Shown here piece by piece: positions 29,209 to 39,868 of a DNA stretch of 64,000 nucleotides. The DNA comes from Alphaproteobacteria bacterium. Its GTDB lineage: Bacteria > Pseudomonadota > Alphaproteobacteria > MPNO01. Position 1 is the first letter of the stretch. Each line of letters opens with the position of its first letter. The notes beneath the pieces are model-generated. The model was not told the DNA's origin. It did no database searches and saw only the letters and a list, made by a program, of their open reading frames with translations. The translations under genes and the position numbers were made by a program. The DNA lies in assembly GCA_964291675.2 (NCBI GenBank), contig OZ219866.1, positions 2,432,001 through 2,496,000 on the forward strand, read 5' to 3'.

Positions 29209-30816
29209 ATGGCCAAGAACCAGGCGACATGGGATCCCGAGGACGAGGCCTTCTGGGAGGCGGAGGGCAAGCGCATCGCCACCCGCAATCTCTGGATCTC
29301 CATCCCCTGCCTGCTGTGCGGCTTCGCGGTGTGGCTGTACTGGGGAATCATCACGGTTCAGATGATCAATCTGAAGTTTCCGTTCTCCCAGGCGGAATTG
29401 TTCACGCTTGCCGCGATCGCCGGGTTGAGCGGGGCGACGCTCAGAATCCCGTCCTCGTTCTTCATCCGTATCGCGGGCGGGCGCAACACGATCTTCCTGA
29501 CCACCGCGCTGCTGATCGTCCCCGCGGCGGGCACCGGCTTCCTGCTCCAGAATCCGGACACGCCGCTGTGGCAGTTCCAGATCATGGCCCTCTTGTCGGG
29601 CTTCGGCGGCGGAAATTTCGCGTCCTCCATGTCGAACATTTCCTTCTTCTATCCGAAGAAGGTGCAGGGCCTGTCGCTTGGCATGAACGCCGGGCTCGGC
29701 AATTTCGGCGTCACCACGATGCAGATCCTGGTGCCGCTGGTCATGACGGTCGGCATTTTCGGCGGCTCGGCGCTGGTGCTCGCCAACTCTTCCGGCACGC
29801 TGATCGGCAAGATCCCGGCCGGCACCGAGACCTACATCCACAACGCCGGCTATGTCTGGGTTGCCATCCTGGTTCCGCTGGCGGTCGCCGCCTGGTTCGG
29901 CATGAACAACATAACCGCGTCGCACGTCTCGCCGGGGCTGACGTCGACCGTCGAGGCGTTCGGCAAGATCCTCGGCATGCTGGGAATCGGGCTGGTCACC
30001 GCGGCGGTCGGGCTGTGGTTGCTGCTGCCGGCCAGGACCGGCGGTTCCGGGCTGGAGCTGAGCAAGTGGCTCGTCCTGCCGCTGGTCATCGCCGCGACCG
30101 TGTTCGCCCTCAGGCTGATTCCCGGCACCATCCGCCAGAGCCTCGACCAGCAATACGCGATCTTCAGGAACAAGCACACCTGGGCGATGACGGTCATCTA
30201 CACCATGACCTTCGGCTCGTTCATCGGCTACGCCGCCGCCTTCGGGCTGGCGATCAAGGTGGTGTTCGGCTTCCAGCACATCGAGGTCGACGGGGTGATG
30301 ACCCACACGACGGTGAACCCGAACGGGCCGAGCGCGCTGATGTATGCCTGGACCGGCCCCTTCATCGGCGCGCTGATCCGCCCCGTCGGCGGCATGATCT
30401 CCGACCGCCTCGGCGGCGCGCTGGTCACCCAGATCGTCTCGGTCATCATGGTCGCCTGCGCGCTCGGCGTGGCCTGGTTCCTGTCGCTCGCCTACGCCTC
30501 GCCGACGCCGGAGGACTATTTCCTTCCGTTCCTCATCCTGTTCCTGGTGCTGTTCGCGGCGACCGGGATCGGCAACGGCTCCACCTTCCGCACCATCGCC
30601 ATCGTGTTCGACAGGGAGCAGGCCGGCCCCGTGCTCGGCTGGACCTCGGCGGTCGCCGCCTACGGCGCCTTCATCATCCCGAAGGTGCTCGGCGAGCAGA
30701 TCAAGGCGACCACGCCGGAATACGCGCTGTACGGCTTCGCCGCGTTTTATATGCTGTGCATCTTCATCAACTGGTGGTTTTATCTACGCAAGAATGCCTA
30801 TGTGAAGAACCCGTGA
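29209..30816 (+). CDS. narK: Nitrate/nitrite antiporter (NarK2-like)
   Basis: WDPEDEAFW, RNLWISIP, GFGGGNFASSM, GIGNGSTFR. Confidence 0.92.
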   Translation: MAKNQATWDPEDEAFWEAEGKRIATRNLWISIPCLLCGFAVWLYWGIITVQMINLKFPFSQAELFTLAAIAGLSGATLRIPSSFFIRIAGGRNTIFLTTALLIVPAAGTGFLLQNPDTPLWQFQIMALLSGFGGGNFASSMSNISFFYPKKVQGLSLGMNAGLGNFGVTTMQILVPLVMTVGIFGGSALVLANSSGTLIGKIPAGTETYIHNAGYVWVAILVPLAVAAWFGMNNITASHVSPGLTSTVEAFGKILGMLGIGLVTAAVGLWLLLPARTGGSGLELSKWLVLPLVIAATVFALRLIPGTIRQSLDQQYAIFRNKHTWAMTVIYTMTFGSFIGYAAAFGLAIKVVFGFQHIEVDGVMTHTTVNPNGPSALMYAWTGPFIGALIRPVGGMISDRLGGALVTQIVSVIMVACALGVAWFLSLAYASPTPEDYFLPFLILFLVLFAATGIGNGSTFRTIAIVFDREQAGPVLGWTSAVAAYGAFIIPKVLGEQIKATTPEYALYGFAAFYMLCIFINWWFYLRKNAYVKNP

Positions 30817-30829
30817 GGAGACCGGATCG

Positions 30830-33800
30830 ATGAGCCACTTCCTCGATCGGCTGACCTTCTTCCGCAAGACCGTCGATACCTTCGCCGACGGGCACGGCAT
30901 CGTCACCAACGAGGACCGCGACTGGGAGGAGTCCTACCGGGCGCGCTGGCAGCACGACAAGATCGTGCGCTCGACCCACGGGGTGAACTGCACCGGCTCG
31001 TGCAGCTGGAAGATCTACGTCAAGGGCGGGATCATCACCTGGGAGACGCAGCAGACCGACTACCCGCGGACGCGGCCGGATCTGCCCAACCACGAGCCGC
31101 GCGGCTGCTCGCGGGGCGCGAGCTACTCCTGGTACATCTACAGCGCCAACCGGCTGAAATACCCGCTGGTGCGCAGCCGGCTGGTGCGGCACTGGCGCGA
31201 GGCGCGCAAGACCATGGCGCCGGTCGCCGCCTGGGCGTCGATCGTCGAGGACGCGGAGACGCGCCGCGACTACCAGCGCGTGCGCGGGCTCGGCGGCTTC
31301 GTCCGCTCCGACTGGGACGAGGTCAACGAGATCGTCGCCGCGGCCAATGTCTACACGATCAAGACGCACGGGCCGGACCGCGTCATCGGCTTCTCGCCGA
31401 TTCCCGCCATGTCGATGGTCTCCTACGCCGCGGGATCGCGCTACCTGTCGTTGATCGGCGGCGTCTGCATGAGCTTCTACGACTGGTATTGCGACCTGCC
31501 GCCGTCGAGCCCGCAGACCTGGGGCGAGCAGACCGACGTGCCGGAGAGCGCGGATTGGTACAACTCGACCTTCCTGATGATGTGGGGCTCGAACGTGCCG
31601 CAGACGCGCACCCCCGACGCCCATTTCATGACCGAGGTGCGCTACAAGGGCGCGACCACGGTGACGGTGACGCCGGATTACAGCGAGGCGTCGAAATTCG
31701 CCGATATCTGGCTCAACCCCAAGCAGGGCACCGATGCCGCGCTGGCGCTGGCGATGGGCCACGTGATCCTCAAGGAATGGCATCTCGAGGGCAGGAGCGC
31801 CTATTTCGAGGACTATTGCCGGCGCTACACCGACATGCCCCTTCTCGTGACCCTGCGCGAGACCGAGGGCGGCCACGTGCCGGACCGCATGCTGCGCGCC
31901 GCCGACCTGCCGGGCGCGCTGGACCAGGCGAACAACCCGGAATGGAAGACCGTCGCCATCGACGAGAAGCGGGACGACGCCCCGGTCTGCCCGGTCGGCT
32001 CGATCGGCTTCCGCTGGGGCGAGACCGGCAAGTGGAACATCGAGGAGAAGGACGGCGCCGATGGCGAAACCACCCGGCTGCGGCTCAGCCTGATCGACAT
32101 AAGGGACGATGTCGCCCCGGTCGGCTTCCCCTATTTCGGCAATACCAGCCACGACCATTTCGCCGGCACCGAGCATGACGAGGTGCTGTGGCGCAACGTG
32201 CCGGTGAAGAGGATCGCCACCGGCGACGGCGAGATGCTGGTCGCCACGGTCTACGACCTGTTCGTTGCCAATTACGGGCTGGATCGCGGCCTGGGCGGGG
32301 CCAACGTGGCCGCGGATTTCGACGACGACGTGCCCTACACGCCCGCCTGGCAGGAGCGGATCACCGGGGTCGCGCGCGACAAGGCGATCGCGGTCGCCCG
32401 CCAGTTCGCCGACAACGCGCACAAGACCGAGGGCCGGTCGATGGTCATCGTCGGCGCCGCGCTCAACCACTGGTACCACATGGACATGATCTACCGCGGC
32501 ATCATCAACATGCTGGTGATGTGCGGATGCGTCGGCAAGTCCGGCGGCGGCTGGTCGCACTATGTCGGGCAGGAGAAGCTCAGGCCGCAGACCGGCTGGC
32601 TGCCGCTCGCCTTCGCGCTCGACTGGCACCGCCCGCCGCGGCACATGAACAGCACGTCCTTCTGGTACGCCCACAGCGACCAGTGGCGCTACGAGAAGCT
32701 GGCGGTCGACGAGATCGTCTCGCCGCTCGCCCCTGCGGGCGAGTGGAACGAGCTGAGCCTGATCGACTTCAACGTCCGTTCCGAGCGCATGGGCTGGCTG
32801 CCCTCGGCGCCGCAGCTCGCGAGCAATCCGCTACAGGTGACCCGGAACGCCGCCGACGGGGACCCCGTCGCGGCGGCGGTCGCCGGGCTCCGGGACGGCA
32901 GCTTGCGGATGTCATCCGAGGACCCGGACGATCCGGCGAACTGGCCGCGCAATCTGTTCGTCTGGCGCTCCAACCTGCTGGGATCGAGCGGCAAGGGCCA
33001 CGAATACTTCCTCAAGCACCTGCTCGGCACCCAGCACGGCGTGCAGGGCAGGGAGCTCGGCGAGGCGGGCGAGCGGAAGCCGGTCGAGGTCGCGTGGCAC
33101 GACGCCGCGCCGGAAGGCAAGCTCGACCTGCTGGTCACCCTCGATTTCCGCATGTCGACCACCTGCCTCTACTCCGACATCGTGCTGCCGACCGCGACCT
33201 GGTACGAGAAGAACGATCTCAACACGTCGGACATGCACCCCTTCATCCACCCGCTGTCGGCCGCCGTCGACCCGGTGTGGGAGACCCGCAGCGACTGGGA
33301 GATCTTTAAGGGCATCGCCAAGAAATTCTCCGAGGTCGCCGACGGCGAGCTCGGCGTCGAGCGCGACCTGGTGCTGGTGCCCACCCTGCACGACACGCCG
33401 GCGGAGCTCGCCCAGGCGACCGGGGTCAGGGACTGGAAGAAGGGCGAGTGCGAACCCGTCCCCGGCAAGACCATGCCCAACATGGTGGTCGTCGAGCGCG
33501 ACTATCCCGCCACCTACAAGAAGTTCACCGCGCTGGGGCCGCTGATGACCGAGGCCGGCAACGGCGGCAAGGGCATCGCCTGGAACACCGAGGACGAGGT
33601 CGCGTTCCTCAAGCGGCTGAACGGCGAGGTGCGCGAGGAGGGGGTCTCCAGGGGGCTGGCGCGGATCGAGAGCGATATCGACGCCACCGAGGTGGTGCTG
33701 ACGCTCGCGCCGGAGACCAACGGCAATGTCGCGGTCAAGGCGTGGGCGGCGCTCGGCAAGGCGACCGGGCGCGAGCACAAGCATCTGGCGGCGGCGCGCG

Positions 33801-34573
33801 AAGAGGACAAGCTCCGCTTCCACGACCTCCAGGCGCAGCCGCGCAAGATCATCTCCTCGCCCACCTGGTCGGGGGTCGAGGCGGAGCACGTCACCTACAC
33901 GGCCGGCTACACCAACGTGCACGAGCTGATCCCGTGGCGCACCCTGTCGGGCCGCCAGCAGCTCTACCAGGACCATCTGTGGATGCGCGCCTTCGGCGAA
34001 CAGCTCTGCGTCTACAAGCCGCCGATCGACACCAAGACGATCAGCCCGCTGATCGACGACAAGGACAACGGCAGCCCGCAGGTGGTGCTCAACTTCATCA
34101 CGCCGCACCAGAAATGGGGCATCCACTCGACCTATACCGACAACCTGCTGATGCTGACGCTGTCGCGCGGCGGACCGATCGTCTGGATCAGCGAGATCGA
34201 CGCCCGCAAGGCCGGAATCGAGGACAATGACTGGATCGAGGCCTACAACGCCAACGGCGCGCTGGTCGCGCGCGCCGTGGTCAGCCAGCGCGTGCCGGAG
34301 GGCATGACGCTGATGTACCACGCCCAGGAGAAGATCGTGAACGTGCCGGGCAGCGAGGTGACGGGGTCGCGCGGCGGCATCCACAACTCGGTCACCCGCG
34401 CGACCGTCAAGCCGACCCACATGATCGGCGGCTACGCCCAGCAATCCTACGGCTTCAACTACTACGGCACCGTCGGCTCGAACCGCGACGAGTTCGTGAT
34501 CGTGCGCAAGATGCTGGCGGTCGACTGGATGGAAGGCCCCTACCGGGGCTCCCCGATGGAGGCGGCAAAATGA
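30830..34573 (+). CDS. narG: Respiratory nitrate reductase alpha subunit
   Basis: MSHFLDRL, HGVNCTGSCSW (FS0 cluster), SFYDWYCDLPP, HQKWGIHSTY, FNYYGTVGSNRD. Confidence 0.98.
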   Translation: MSHFLDRLTFFRKTVDTFADGHGIVTNEDRDWEESYRARWQHDKIVRSTHGVNCTGSCSWKIYVKGGIITWETQQTDYPRTRPDLPNHEPRGCSRGASYSWYIYSANRLKYPLVRSRLVRHWREARKTMAPVAAWASIVEDAETRRDYQRVRGLGGFVRSDWDEVNEIVAAANVYTIKTHGPDRVIGFSPIPAMSMVSYAAGSRYLSLIGGVCMSFYDWYCDLPPSSPQTWGEQTDVPESADWYNSTFLMMWGSNVPQTRTPDAHFMTEVRYKGATTVTVTPDYSEASKFADIWLNPKQGTDAALALAMGHVILKEWHLEGRSAYFEDYCRRYTDMPLLVTLRETEGGHVPDRMLRAADLPGALDQANNPEWKTVAIDEKRDDAPVCPVGSIGFRWGETGKWNIEEKDGADGETTRLRLSLIDIRDDVAPVGFPYFGNTSHDHFAGTEHDEVLWRNVPVKRIATGDGEMLVATVYDLFVANYGLDRGLGGANVAADFDDDVPYTPAWQERITGVARDKAIAVARQFADNAHKTEGRSMVIVGAALNHWYHMDMIYRGIINMLVMCGCVGKSGGGWSHYVGQEKLRPQTGWLPLAFALDWHRPPRHMNSTSFWYAHSDQWRYEKLAVDEIVSPLAPAGEWNELSLIDFNVRSERMGWLPSAPQLASNPLQVTRNAADGDPVAAAVAGLRDGSLRMSSEDPDDPANWPRNLFVWRSNLLGSSGKGHEYFLKHLLGTQHGVQGRELGEAGERKPVEVAWHDAAPEGKLDLLVTLDFRMSTTCLYSDIVLPTATWYEKNDLNTSDMHPFIHPLSAAVDPVWETRSDWEIFKGIAKKFSEVADGELGVERDLVLVPTLHDTPAELAQATGVRDWKKGECEPVPGKTMPNMVVVERDYPATYKKFTALGPLMTEAGNGGKGIAWNTEDEVAFLKRLNGEVREEGVSRGLARIESDIDATEVVLTLAPETNGNVAVKAWAALGKATGREHKHLAAAREEDKLRFHDLQAQPRKIISSPTWSGVEAEHVTYTAGYTNVHELIPWRTLSGRQQLYQDHLWMRAFGEQLCVYKPPIDTKTISPLIDDKDNGSPQVVLNFITPHQKWGIHSTYTDNLLMLTLSRGGPIVWISEIDARKAGIEDNDWIEAYNANGALVARAVVSQRVPEGMTLMYHAQEKIVNVPGSEVTGSRGGIHNSVTRATVKPTHMIGGYAQQSYGFNYYGTVGSNRDEFVIVRKMLAVDWMEGPYRGSPMEAAK

Positions 34574-36114
34574 AGATCCGCGCGCAGATCGGCAAGGTCC
34601 TGAACCTCGACAAGTGCATCGGCTGCCATACCTGCTCGGTGACCTGCAAGAACGTCTGGACCAGCCGCGAGGGCATGGAATACGCCTGGTTCAACAACGT
34701 CGAGACCAAGCCCGGCGTCGGCTATCCCAGGGAATGGGAGAACCAGGACGTGTGGAACGGCGGCTGGGTGCGCAAGCGGAACGGCCGCATCGCGCCGAAG
34801 ATGGGCGGCAAGCTGCGGATTCTCGCGAAGATCTTCGCCAACCCGGACATGCCGCAGATCGACGACTATTACGAGCCCTTCACCTTCGACTACGAGCACC
34901 TGCACAACGCGCCGGAGTCGCAGACCCCGCCGACCGCGCGACCGCGCTCGCTGATCAGCGGCGAGCGCATGGAGAAGGTCGAGTGGGGTCCGAACTGGGA
35001 AGAGATCCTCGGCGGCGAGTTCGCCAAGCGCAGCAAGGACGTGAATTTCGAGGCGCTGGAAAAGGACATCTACGGCCAGTTCGAGAACACCTTCATGATG
35101 TACCTGCCCAGGCTTTGCGAGCACTGCCTGAACCCGAGCTGCGTCGCGGCCTGCCCGTCGGGGGCGATCTACAAGCGCGAGGAGGACGGCATCGTCCTGA
35201 TCGACCAGGACAAGTGCCGCGGCTGGCGCATGTGCGTCTCGGCCTGCCCCTACAAGAAGATCTATTACAACTGGCGGTCCGGCAAGTCGGAGAAATGCAT
35301 CTTCTGCTACCCGCGCATCGAGGCCGGGCAGCCGACCGTCTGCTCCGAGACCTGCGTCGGGCGCATCCGCTATCTCGGCGTGCTGCTCTACGATGCCGAC
35401 CGGATCGAGCAGGCCGCGGCGGCGGAAGACCCGCAGGATCTGTACCAGGCGCAGCTCGACATCTTCCTCGACCCCGCCGACCCCGAGGTGGTGCGCCAGG
35501 CGCTCGCCGACGGGGTGCCGCAGGCCTGGATCGACGCGGCGCGCAAATCTCCGGTCTGGCGCATGGCGATGGACTGGAAGGTCGCCTTCCCGCTGCACCC
35601 GGAATACCGCACCCTGCCGATGGTGTGGTACGTGCCGCCGCTGTCGCCGATCCAGTCGGCGGCGGAGGCCGGCGCGCTCGGCCATGACGGGCTGATCCCC
35701 GACGTCTCGCAGCTCCGCATTCCGCTCAAATACCTCGCCAACATGCTCACCGCCGGCGACGAGGCGCCGGTCCGCCTGGCGCTCGAGCGGATGCTGGCGA
35801 TGCGGGCCTATATGCGCGCCAGGCATGTCGACGGGCGCCGCGAGCTGGGCGCGCTGGAGCGGGTCGGGCTCACCGAGGCCGATATCGAGGACATGTACCA
35901 GACGATGGCGATCGCCAACTACGAGGACCGCTTCGTGATCCCGACCACGCATCGCGAATACGCCGAAGAAGCCTTCGACCTGCGCGGCGAGTGCGGCTTC
36001 AGCTTCGGCGACGGGTGCAGCGGCGGCACCGGCAAGCTCGACCTGTTCAGCCACGAGGTGCGGGTCGGGCCGAGCGCCGGCGGGCGCTCGGACAAGGCGG
36101 GCGCGGTGCGATGA
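34570..36114 (+). CDS. narH: Respiratory nitrate reductase beta subunit
   Basis: LNLDKCIGCHTCSVTCK, CEHCLNPSC, CRGWRMC, CIFCYPR. Confidence 0.98.
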   Translation: MKIRAQIGKVLNLDKCIGCHTCSVTCKNVWTSREGMEYAWFNNVETKPGVGYPREWENQDVWNGGWVRKRNGRIAPKMGGKLRILAKIFANPDMPQIDDYYEPFTFDYEHLHNAPESQTPPTARPRSLISGERMEKVEWGPNWEEILGGEFAKRSKDVNFEALEKDIYGQFENTFMMYLPRLCEHCLNPSCVAACPSGAIYKREEDGIVLIDQDKCRGWRMCVSACPYKKIYYNWRSGKSEKCIFCYPRIEAGQPTVCSETCVGRIRYLGVLLYDADRIEQAAAAEDPQDLYQAQLDIFLDPADPEVVRQALADGVPQAWIDAARKSPVWRMAMDWKVAFPLHPEYRTLPMVWYVPPLSPIQSAAEAGALGHDGLIPDVSQLRIPLKYLANMLTAGDEAPVRLALERMLAMRAYMRARHVDGRRELGALERVGLTEADIEDMYQTMAIANYEDRFVIPTTHREYAEEAFDLRGECGFSFGDGCSGGTGKLDLFSHEVRVGPSAGGRSDKAGAVR

Positions 36115-36815
36115 AGACCTACCGGGCGCTGGCGGCGCTGCTGCAATATCCCACCGCCGAGCTCGCCGGGGCGGCGGGCGAGATCGCCGCCGCGGCGAAG
36201 CAAGACGCGCTCCTGTCCCAAGCCAGCCTCAAGGCGATCGAACGCATGGCGGCGCAGCTCGCCGTGGGCGACCTGCTGACCGCGCAGGAGGGCTATGTCG
36301 GGCTGTTCGACCGCTCGCGCAGCCTGTCGCTCCACCTGTTCGAGCATATCCACGGCGAGTCGCGCGACCGCGGCCAGGCGATGGTCAACCTCGCGGCGCA
36401 TTACGAGACCCGCGGCTACGGCATCGACGGCAACGAGCTGCCCGACTACCTGCCGCTGTTCCTCGAATTCCTGTCGCTGATCGATCCCCGGGAGGCGGCC
36501 GACCTGCTGGCCGACGTGGTCCATATCCTGGCCGCGATCCGCATCCGGCTGGAGCGGCGGGGCAGCGACTATGCGGGGCTGTTCCAGGCGCTTGAGGAGC
36601 TTGCCGCCAGGCGGCCCGACGGCGCCGCGGTGGCGGGGATTCTGGAGCGGGACAGGTCGCCCGAGGCGGAGGCCGCCGAGCTCGACAAGGAGTGGGAGGA
36701 GGCGCCCGCCTTCGCCGGTGCCGGGGACGACGGCTGCCCGGCGGCGCGCGACACCCTCAACCGGATGGCCGAGCTCGCCCCCGGCGCCGGGCACGACGGA
36801 CGGGAGGGAGGATGA
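36111..36815 (+). CDS. narJ: Nitrate reductase molybdenum cofactor assembly chaperone
   Basis: LLQYP, YVGLFDR, LFEHIHGESRDRGQAM, ELPDYLPLFLEF. Confidence 0.95.
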   Translation: MKTYRALAALLQYPTAELAGAAGEIAAAAKQDALLSQASLKAIERMAAQLAVGDLLTAQEGYVGLFDRSRSLSLHLFEHIHGESRDRGQAMVNLAAHYETRGYGIDGNELPDYLPLFLEFLSLIDPREAADLLADVVHILAAIRIRLERRGSDYAGLFQALEELAARRPDGAAVAGILERDRSPEAEAAELDKEWEEAPAFAGAGDDGCPAARDTLNRMAELAPGAGHDGREGG

Positions 36816-37522
36816 CCATGGCCGACTGGTTGCACATCCTGGTCTTCGGCTACTACCCCTATTTCGCGGCGACGGTGTTCCTCGCCGGCAGCCTGATCCG
36901 TTTCGACCGCGAGCAATACACCTGGCGCAGCGGGTCGAGCCAGCTGCTGCGCCGCGGCCAGCTGGTGTGGGGCAGCGTGCTGTTCCACATCGGCATCCTG
37001 CTCCTGTTCCTCGGCCATCTGGTCGGCCTGCTGACGCCGCAGGAGATCTACCACGCCTTCGGCCTCTCCTCCGGCGCCAAGCAAATGCTGGCGATCGTGG
37101 CCGGCGGGATTTTTGGCGTGGTCTGCTTCGTCGGCCTGACCATGCTGCTGCACCGCCGGCTGTTCGACCCGCGCATCCGCCGCACGTCGAGCCCGATGGA
37201 CATCGCGATCCTCGCCATCTTGTGGGCGCAGCTGGTGCTCGGCCTGGCCACCCTGCCGCTCTCCTGGGCGCATCGCGAGCACGGCGAGGTCATGGTCACG
37301 CTCTCGCTCTGGGCGCAGAAGATCGTCACCTTCCAGGCCGACGCGGCGCTCCACGTGGCCGACGTGAGCTGGGTCTACAAGGCGCATATCTTCCTCGGCG
37401 TCACCATCTTCCTGATCTTCCCGTTCAGCCGCCTGGTCCATATCTGGAGCGCGCCGGTCGGCTATCTGGGTCGGCGCGGCTACCAGGTGGTGCGGACCCG
37501 CGAAGGACGCCGCGTCGCGTGA
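36812..37522 (+). CDS. narI: Respiratory nitrate reductase gamma subunit (cytochrome b)
   Basis: YPY, RFDREQYTWRSGSSQLL, heme-ligand His in FHIG..GH, AHIFLG and RLVHIWS. Confidence 0.96.
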   Translation: MTMADWLHILVFGYYPYFAATVFLAGSLIRFDREQYTWRSGSSQLLRRGQLVWGSVLFHIGILLLFLGHLVGLLTPQEIYHAFGLSSGAKQMLAIVAGGIFGVVCFVGLTMLLHRRLFDPRIRRTSSPMDIAILAILWAQLVLGLATLPLSWAHREHGEVMVTLSLWAQKIVTFQADAALHVADVSWVYKAHIFLGVTIFLIFPFSRLVHIWSAPVGYLGRRGYQVVRTREGRRVA

Positions 37523-37529
37523 GACGGCG

Positions 37530-38291
37530 ATGACCGGAATCCGCGTCAACGACCGCTGCATCGAGGAAGACGAGATCCTGCGCGAGATGCAGTACCACCC
37601 GGCCGGCGATGCCGCCGCCGCGCGCCACGCCGCCGCCCGATGGTTGGTGATCCGCGCGCTGCTTCTGGATCGCGCCCGAGCTCTGGGGATCGACGAGGAC
37701 GACGAATCGGCCGCCGTCCAGGCGGTGATCGAGCGCGAGGTGGACATCCCCGAGCCCGCGGGCGCGGAGTGCCGCCGCTACTACGACAACAACAAGGCGC
37801 GCTTCGCCAGCCCCGATCTGGTCGAGGCCGCGCATATCCTGCTGCCCGCGGCGCCCGACGACGAGGCGCGCCGCGCCGAGGCCGAGGCGCGGGCCGGCGA
37901 GCTGATCGACACGCTCACCCGCGCGCCGGAGCGTTTCGGCGAGCTGGCGCGGGCCCATTCGGCCTGCGACTCCAGGCACGAGGACGGGCGGCTGGGCCAG
38001 GTCTCGCGCGGCGACACGGTGCCCGAGATGGAGACCTTTCTGTTCAACCTGGAGGAAGGGCAGCTCTCGCCGGTGCCGGTGAAGACCCGCTACGGCATCC
38101 ATGTCGTGCGCGTCGACAAGCAGCTCCCCGGGCGGACCCTGCCCTACGAGACGGTGGCCGACAGGGTGGCGGAGCATTTGAAGGACGCGTCCTGGCGCCG
38201 CGCGTTCCGGCAATATGTCCAGCTGCTCGCCGGGGACGCCCGCATCACCGGTTTCGACATCGCCGCCGCGGACTCGCCGCTGGTGCAGTAG
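37530..38291 (+). CDS. PpiC-type peptidyl-prolyl isomerase (NifM-like, nar-associated)
   Basis: REMQYHPA, AAHILL, HSACDS..GRLG, PVKTRYGIHVV. Confidence 0.88.
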   Translation: MTGIRVNDRCIEEDEILREMQYHPAGDAAAARHAAARWLVIRALLLDRARALGIDEDDESAAVQAVIEREVDIPEPAGAECRRYYDNNKARFASPDLVEAAHILLPAAPDDEARRAEAEARAGELIDTLTRAPERFGELARAHSACDSRHEDGRLGQVSRGDTVPEMETFLFNLEEGQLSPVPVKTRYGIHVVRVDKQLPGRTLPYETVADRVAEHLKDASWRRAFRQYVQLLAGDARITGFDIAAADSPLVQ

Positions 38292-38406
38292 TCCTGCTTT
38301 TGCCGGGCAGGGCCCCGATCGTCTCGAACGCCGGTGACGGGCCATCGCCTTCGGCTCGGGATGCGCAAGCCGCCCGGGGCCGGGAACAACGAGATCGTCC
38401 GGCGCG

Positions 38407-39843
38407 CTATCGGCCAAGCGAGGCGACGATGCCGGGCATGATCCGATACAGGTGCAGCAGGATGAACGACGCGCCCTGCTGGTCGGCCAACGCGCCGTAG
38501 GTCGGCGATCCGACGATGCGCAGATGCGGGTCCGCCCGGCCGCCGGCGCCGATCGCGCGGCATTCCGGATCGACGCCGAAGCCGATTCCGGTTGGATGGG
38601 GCGCCGCGTATCCGCGCGCCGCCAGCGTGCTCACCAGGGGATTCGTCGAGCGGTCCGGCCGCATGCCCGGCCCGGTGCAGTTCACGATGGCATCGAAGGT
38701 CTTCCGGCGGCGTTCGCCGTCTCCCCTGGGTTGCAGGGCGACCGACAGCGCCTCGCCGTCGCGCGCCGCGGATACGCAGGTCGCCGCCTCGAACGAGACC
38801 TGCCCGGCGGCTTCGGCATCGGCGATGCGGGCCTCGATCTGCGGCGGGAGCTGGAAGCGGTGCACGTCGTACCAGACCCGCAGGTGGCGCTGGAACCGGC
38901 GTTTCTCCGCCAGCTTCAGGGCGGGCCAGAGTTCCCAGACCGAATCCCTGAGATCGGCGAACGGCTCCAGCCAGGTGCCGCCGGCGGCTTCGGCCCGCAT
39001 CGCCTCCGAGCGCAGCGTCCGCAGCAGGCCGCGCACGCTCGCGTGCCGGCCATGCGCCGCGGTGAACAGGGAAACCGGCCGGAGGATGCGTTCGACGAGA
39101 TCGGGGGGAGGACCGGCACCCGCCTCCGGCCGCCGCCGGGTGCGCAGCCCGTGGCGCGAGACCGCCGTGATCGGTCCCCGATGTCCCGATCGCAGCAGGA
39201 CGGCGATCGCGTCCGAGGCGGTTTGCGCCATGCCGAGCAGCAGGATCCTGGCATCGGCGGGGATCTGGCGCAGCCGGGCGGTGTCCCACGGGTTGCCGAG
39301 GAAGCCGGGACCGTCCGAGAGCGCGCCGTCGAAGGGCGGCGGTGCGTGCGGACGATCGTAGCCGGTGGCAATGACCGCGAGGCCCGCCGACAATTCCCGA
39401 CCGCCGTCCAGGGTCAGCCGGTAGCCACCCCCTGTCCGCCGCGCGTCGAGTACGCGCGAGCGGACATGCCGGATCGCCGAGCCCGACGGGTTGCCGTCGA
39501 CATGCGCGCGGAGCTGCCCTTCGACATAGCGCCCGAAAACGCCGCGGCGCATGTAGATGTTGCCGTCCGCGGCCAGCGCCCCGGGGTCGCGCGCGGCGCC
39601 GCCCTGCGCGGCATACCAGTCCCGCAGGTGATCCGGCGCGTCGGGATAGACCATATGCACAGCCAGCGGCGCGTTGAGCCGATGGTCGGGATCGTCGGTG
39701 TCGTAGGCGAGGCCGTGGCCGGGCCGGGCGCGCGGCTCGACGATCGCGATGTCGAGCGGGTGTTCGGCCATGCGCGAGAGGTGGATCGCGAAGACCGCGC
39801 CGGTGAACCCGCCGCCGACGATGGCGACATCGACCGCCGTCAT
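38407..39843 (-). CDS. FAD/NAD(P)-binding domain protein
   Basis: VAIVGGGFTG, GLAY..HRLN, VIATG, SRHG, IVNCTGP. Confidence 0.8.
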   Translation of the reverse strand: MTAVDVAIVGGGFTGAVFAIHLSRMAEHPLDIAIVEPRARPGHGLAYDTDDPDHRLNAPLAVHMVYPDAPDHLRDWYAAQGGAARDPGALAADGNIYMRRGVFGRYVEGQLRAHVDGNPSGSAIRHVRSRVLDARRTGGGYRLTLDGGRELSAGLAVIATGYDRPHAPPPFDGALSDGPGFLGNPWDTARLRQIPADARILLLGMAQTASDAIAVLLRSGHRGPITAVSRHGLRTRRRPEAGAGPPPDLVERILRPVSLFTAAHGRHASVRGLLRTLRSEAMRAEAAGGTWLEPFADLRDSVWELWPALKLAEKRRFQRHLRVWYDVHRFQLPPQIEARIADAEAAGQVSFEAATCVSAARDGEALSVALQPRGDGERRRKTFDAIVNCTGPGMRPDRSTNPLVSTLAARGYAAPHPTGIGFGVDPECRAIGAGGRADPHLRIVGSPTYGALADQQGASFILLHLYRIMPGIVASLGR

Positions 39844-39868
39844 CGAAGGCTCCCCGGCGCCGCCCCGG

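Noticed and set aside
30830-34573. NarG as nitrite oxidoreductase (NxrA) or a periplasmic enzyme
   Set aside because: It has a typical NarG N-terminus with no Tat signal and the canonical narK-GHJI context.
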